NCBI GenBank assembly: GCA_011109175.1
Contig: RDEW01000041.1
Location: 186,001-250,000 of the forward strand
Direction of reading: 5' to 3'
Length of the DNA: 64,000 nucleotides
DNA from: Dicyema japonicum
Taxonomy: Eukaryota > Animalia > Dicyemida
Shown: positions 60,501-64,000 of the stretch, piece by piece
How positions within the stretch are numbered: position 1 is the stretch's first letter
Layout: each line of letters starts with the position of its first letter
Notes under the pieces: generated by a model
Database searches by the model: none
Seen by the model: the letters and a program-made list of their open reading frames with translations, nothing else
What the model was told of the DNA's origin: nothing
Made by a program: the position numbers and the translations under genes

Positions 60501-61123
60501 ATAAGCTGGAGGCAAATGTAGTCGCCAAATAAAATAGAATTCCAACAGCCCCGCCAAACTCAGGCCCAAGCGAACGTGAAAGCAAAAAGTAAACTCCACC
60601 CCCCGGAATAAGTCCATTAGTTGCTATAGCACTGAGGGAAACACTCGTACAAAATGTCTTAAATAAAAATCAGAAAGCAAACGCATAAACCGCAGATAAA
60701 AATAATAAGCATTCCCTCCAAAACTCCCGCAACCCCAATAATCCAAGGAAGTCGAATAAATAATATTACGCCAACGATATTCTGAAAGCATGGAAGAAAC
60801 ACGCCCAAAATTGTTCCCAGTTTTGATTTCTATGATTTAATGAGATTCGAACATTTTTTCTATTTTTTTCGAGGTCACGGTCATCTGAACTAGGCGCAAT
60901 TCCGGCTTTATAATTTGTTAATTTTGTAACAAAAGAGCTAATGGGGTTCTCATCGATATCTTCCTAATATTACTAATTGGAATAAACTGAGTAAAGTGTC
61001 ATTTTTTCTTTAATCTCACTTGTCCCATAATTTACGACAAACCTTGTTAATTCATTTGATACTTCTTTGATATATAAGCTGTATACCTTCTACATTTGAT
61101 TCTGCTTTTTTCTTTGACATCAT
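57595..61123 (-). CDS. K-Cl cotransporter (SLC12A4-7/KCC family); 23 introns of 22-25 nt; two apparent frameshifts (about 58640 and 58260)
   Basis: [96 protein letters not shown] and [13 protein letters not shown]. Confidence 0.95.
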
Positions 61124-61299
61124 TCAATAACTATTTGTTATATGAATAATTAATTTATTATTATTATTTTTATAAATTAATTATTAATAAATAATATTAA
61201 TTTTTTTCTTGGTAAATATTTTATTAATAAATCAATATTCAAGAGTACCTTATTTGTCGATAATAAACTATTGTTTGTTGTTCAGTATTTGATAATTGG

Positions 61300-62390
61300 A
61301 TTTACAAAGTATCCTTTAACTTGAACCCTCTTCCAACCATCGGAATTGGAGACAGGAGCTTCCGATGTTGGTTCAGTCTTGTGCTTGACGTCTCCTCACG
61401 TGTGTTTTTGTAGAGCGAAGGTTAATCTGAGTAGATACATTTTTCTACAGAAGCTTCGGAAGGTTTTTTTCATAGATTTCAATGAGATTATCCCACTTTC
61501 AATGAGATTATCGAGCATTGTCAAGAGTTGGGTACTCGTCTTTGATCGATCCTCCTGGTTTGACCGGGGGATGGGAAAAGACCTGATGACTATTTTTAAT
61601 TTTCGAATGGAAGATCTCTCAGATGGGATGTCAGTTTAAATTAAATTTCACTCAAAGACCACCGTTAAGCCGAAAAAGTGATCTCGACTCAAGGGTGTTG
61701 AAGTCCTGTTCTTTTTGTTCGTAAACCATTTTTCCCAAATCCCCTATTTTGGTGATTTTGTGAGCATTTGTCCAAGAGATCGAAGCTCCATGAGGGGCCG
61801 AGGTGAATAGGGGTGTATCGGATTTATCGGGGCTAATTATCAGTCGGTCCTCGTTTAACCACATTGTAAACAGTTCAGGTGATGTATTCTCTCTGTGGCT
61901 GTCTAGATGCTAAAATGACATCGTCTGCACAAACCAAGAGAAGGTCATTTTCCCCTTTTGGTATCGAATGTCCCCAAGTTAAAAAGTGGATAGTGATGAA
62001 CCTAGGAGTACCCCATTAGGAGATAGCCTAGAGACTGATCGATATCCCCAAGGCAGAATATTTCTTCCGATCGCTAAGAAAGTTAGCCAAACAGAGTTTA
62101 AAATTCCCAGGAATCTCCGTCTGATTTACCAAGTAAAATTCTCTCTGGGAAAGGAGTCGAAGGCTGTCAACTGAGCATAATACTGTCTCCCAATATCTGG
62201 GGTTGTGGAGCAGCCAGAGCGAATAAAGTCAGAGATCAGATCGATAATTGTTGACTCCACACTGGAACGGTTTATCAGAAAAAATTTCCCTGACTTTCAC
62301 AAGGATGAGCTTCCCCAAGATTTTGGACATTGACCACGACTGATCTGAACGTATTCATTCCTTGCGTTGCATTGAAAGATCATTTTGACT
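61300..62390 (-). mobile_element. Decayed LINE RT and C-terminus
   Basis: LTAFDS, NGVLLGSSLS, ADDVIL and WLNEDRLIISPDKS. Confidence 0.65.
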
Positions 62391-62394
62391 GTAA

Positions 62395-64000
62395 TTGGTC
62401 AAAGGACTATCATCAGGACTAGACTATCATAAACGTTCGATAGATGAAGCCGCAAAAATCATCAGTGTGGCCATTAAAAGGCTGGCAACACATTTATTCC
62501 TCTTTCATCATACACGAATTTTATACCCTCAATTCCTGGACACTTACACTCATAAAACGAAGGAACCAAACGAAAAGATGCCATTGAAATCCATCAGACA
62601 ACTAAACAAAAGTATCAACCAGAGCATAAAAAACCATCAAGATCAGAGGTGGCGTCACTTAATCAATCCCCTTAACGGGAAAAGTTCATCTCACCAATTT
62701 TGGAAAACATTAAAACAAATTAAATCAGAGTTGTAAGATGTGAATGGACCTGTAACCCCTCTTTCGAACACTAAAAAACTCACGAGCCTGCGGCCCAGAC
62801 AAAGTATCTTCAATTCACCTGAAACACCTAAGCAAATACTACCCTAACGAAAATTTCTAACCTGTCCGTTAACTGGAACACTATCTCCCAAATAAGACCG
62901 GAAAACCAAAATGAGATCCCAGTTCATACAGACCAATCTCATTGACCTCTACTATATCAAAAGTGTTGGAAAGTTGATCCTATCTGAAATTACCCCTTCC
63001 CTAACTCCACCGAATTTCCAACACGGATTCCGTTCTGGAAGATCAACCACGACTTTCTTATCAACGCTTTCGCAGTCCATTGCGGATGGTTTCAACACCA
63101 CCCCAAAACACATGAGGACAACAATGGTCTCGATTGACATCAACAAGACGTTTGACTCGGTACCGAGGAAACATTTAATTAGAAAAATCTCTGATTTAAA
63201 AATTTGCCCTAACTTTAAGCTATGGCTGGCCAATTTTTTATCTGGAAGACGTGGGAGGGTCATCTGTGGCCACCTCAGATCACGTTTACTGCCAAACGGA
63301 GTGCCCCAAGGTTCCCCTTTGTACCCCACTCTATTCAACCTTTACTCCACGACCTGCCAGCAGACATTGACAAAAACTTCCTACTGCTTTCTTATTCTGA
63401 CGATATCATCATTGCAACAAGAAGCAGTCTCACTCGCACAGAAGAAAGTGGATTGTATCCACGATTGGTTGATAGCTAACCGTCTCTCGGTATCGGCTCC
63501 AAAATCAACATGCACTCTATTTACCTCCGACCTTCGGTCCAAAAAAGAACCAGAAATATTCATCGGACATTCTCGGCTACCTGTCACAAGAAACCCTTCA
63601 ATCCTGGGAATGACATACGACAGGCTGCTTAATTTTACCTACCATGCCAAAAAAGTCTTCACCAAAGGACTACAGAAATTGAATGTCACACGGGCCCTCA
63701 TCCAGAAGACCCCAGCGAATATGAGTAAAGAAATCGGAACCATCTGCTGAAGGAATCTACAACTCGTAGATGTCGTTCCGGATTTCTCCGCATTTGCGAG
63801 GAAGATGGACACCCACTCACTGTTCCACGCAAAAGAAAATCGGTTGGCTAAGAAATTTCCGTCCCCAATCGGCTTCCTCTGCAAGGATCAAAGAAGGCAT
63901 TTCCGTTCGACAGTGGGAACAAGAGACGCACAGCTTCGATGGCACGTTTGGTTGCGGGAACTGGGATCACCTAACTAGTTGACATTTTGTCTTTCTTTCT
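62395..64000 (+). mobile_element. Ingi/Vingi-like LINE ORF (RT to 3' UTR), frameshifted
   Basis: QHGFRSGRSTTT, IADGFNTTPKHMRTTMVSIDINKTFDSVP, NGVPQGSPL and SDDII; ends LGSPN. Confidence 0.9.

Noticed and set aside
1-64000. CRISPR arrays, rRNA, snRNA genes or prokaryotic operons
   Set aside because: No regularly spaced repeats or recognisable rRNA or U snRNA motifs were seen; gene structure is spliceosomal and eukaryotic.

Overview
This is AT-rich eukaryotic nuclear DNA from a highly derived, ciliated animal. About a dozen compact genes can be assembled by hand, but only by removing GT-AG introns of 21-27 nt. They are SPCS3, eEF1B, an NK2.1-type homeobox gene, CFAP144/FAM183, an SLC16-like MFS transporter, a long coiled-coil protein, BLOC1S1, synaptophysin, a TIA1-like RRM protein, eIF3g, a K-Cl cotransporter and a secreted orphan. 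Tiny introns, metazoan genes and extreme divergence best fit a dicyemid mesozoan (inference); if the contig is labelled as another animal such as a cephalopod, it is probably a cobiont. Most intergenic space is nested, decayed transposon debris: Ingi/Vingi-like, I/Jockey-like, RTE, CRE-like and R4-like non-LTR elements, hAT, MULE, Tc1/IS630, a MITE and a tRNA-derived SINE family. Several conserved genes carry single-base frameshifts, mostly at homopolymers, which suggests unpolished long-read errors. The most notable observations are five: (1) roughly four-fold excess of the palindrome CACGTG across genes, intergenic DNA and dead transposons; (2) apparently length-defined micro-introns; (3) two distant copies of an unrecognised small secreted protein; (4) a modular SINE family with a structurally conserved core; (5) a decayed 2A-like peptide upstream of a LINE endonuclease. 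All counts, splice models and alignments were done by eye.
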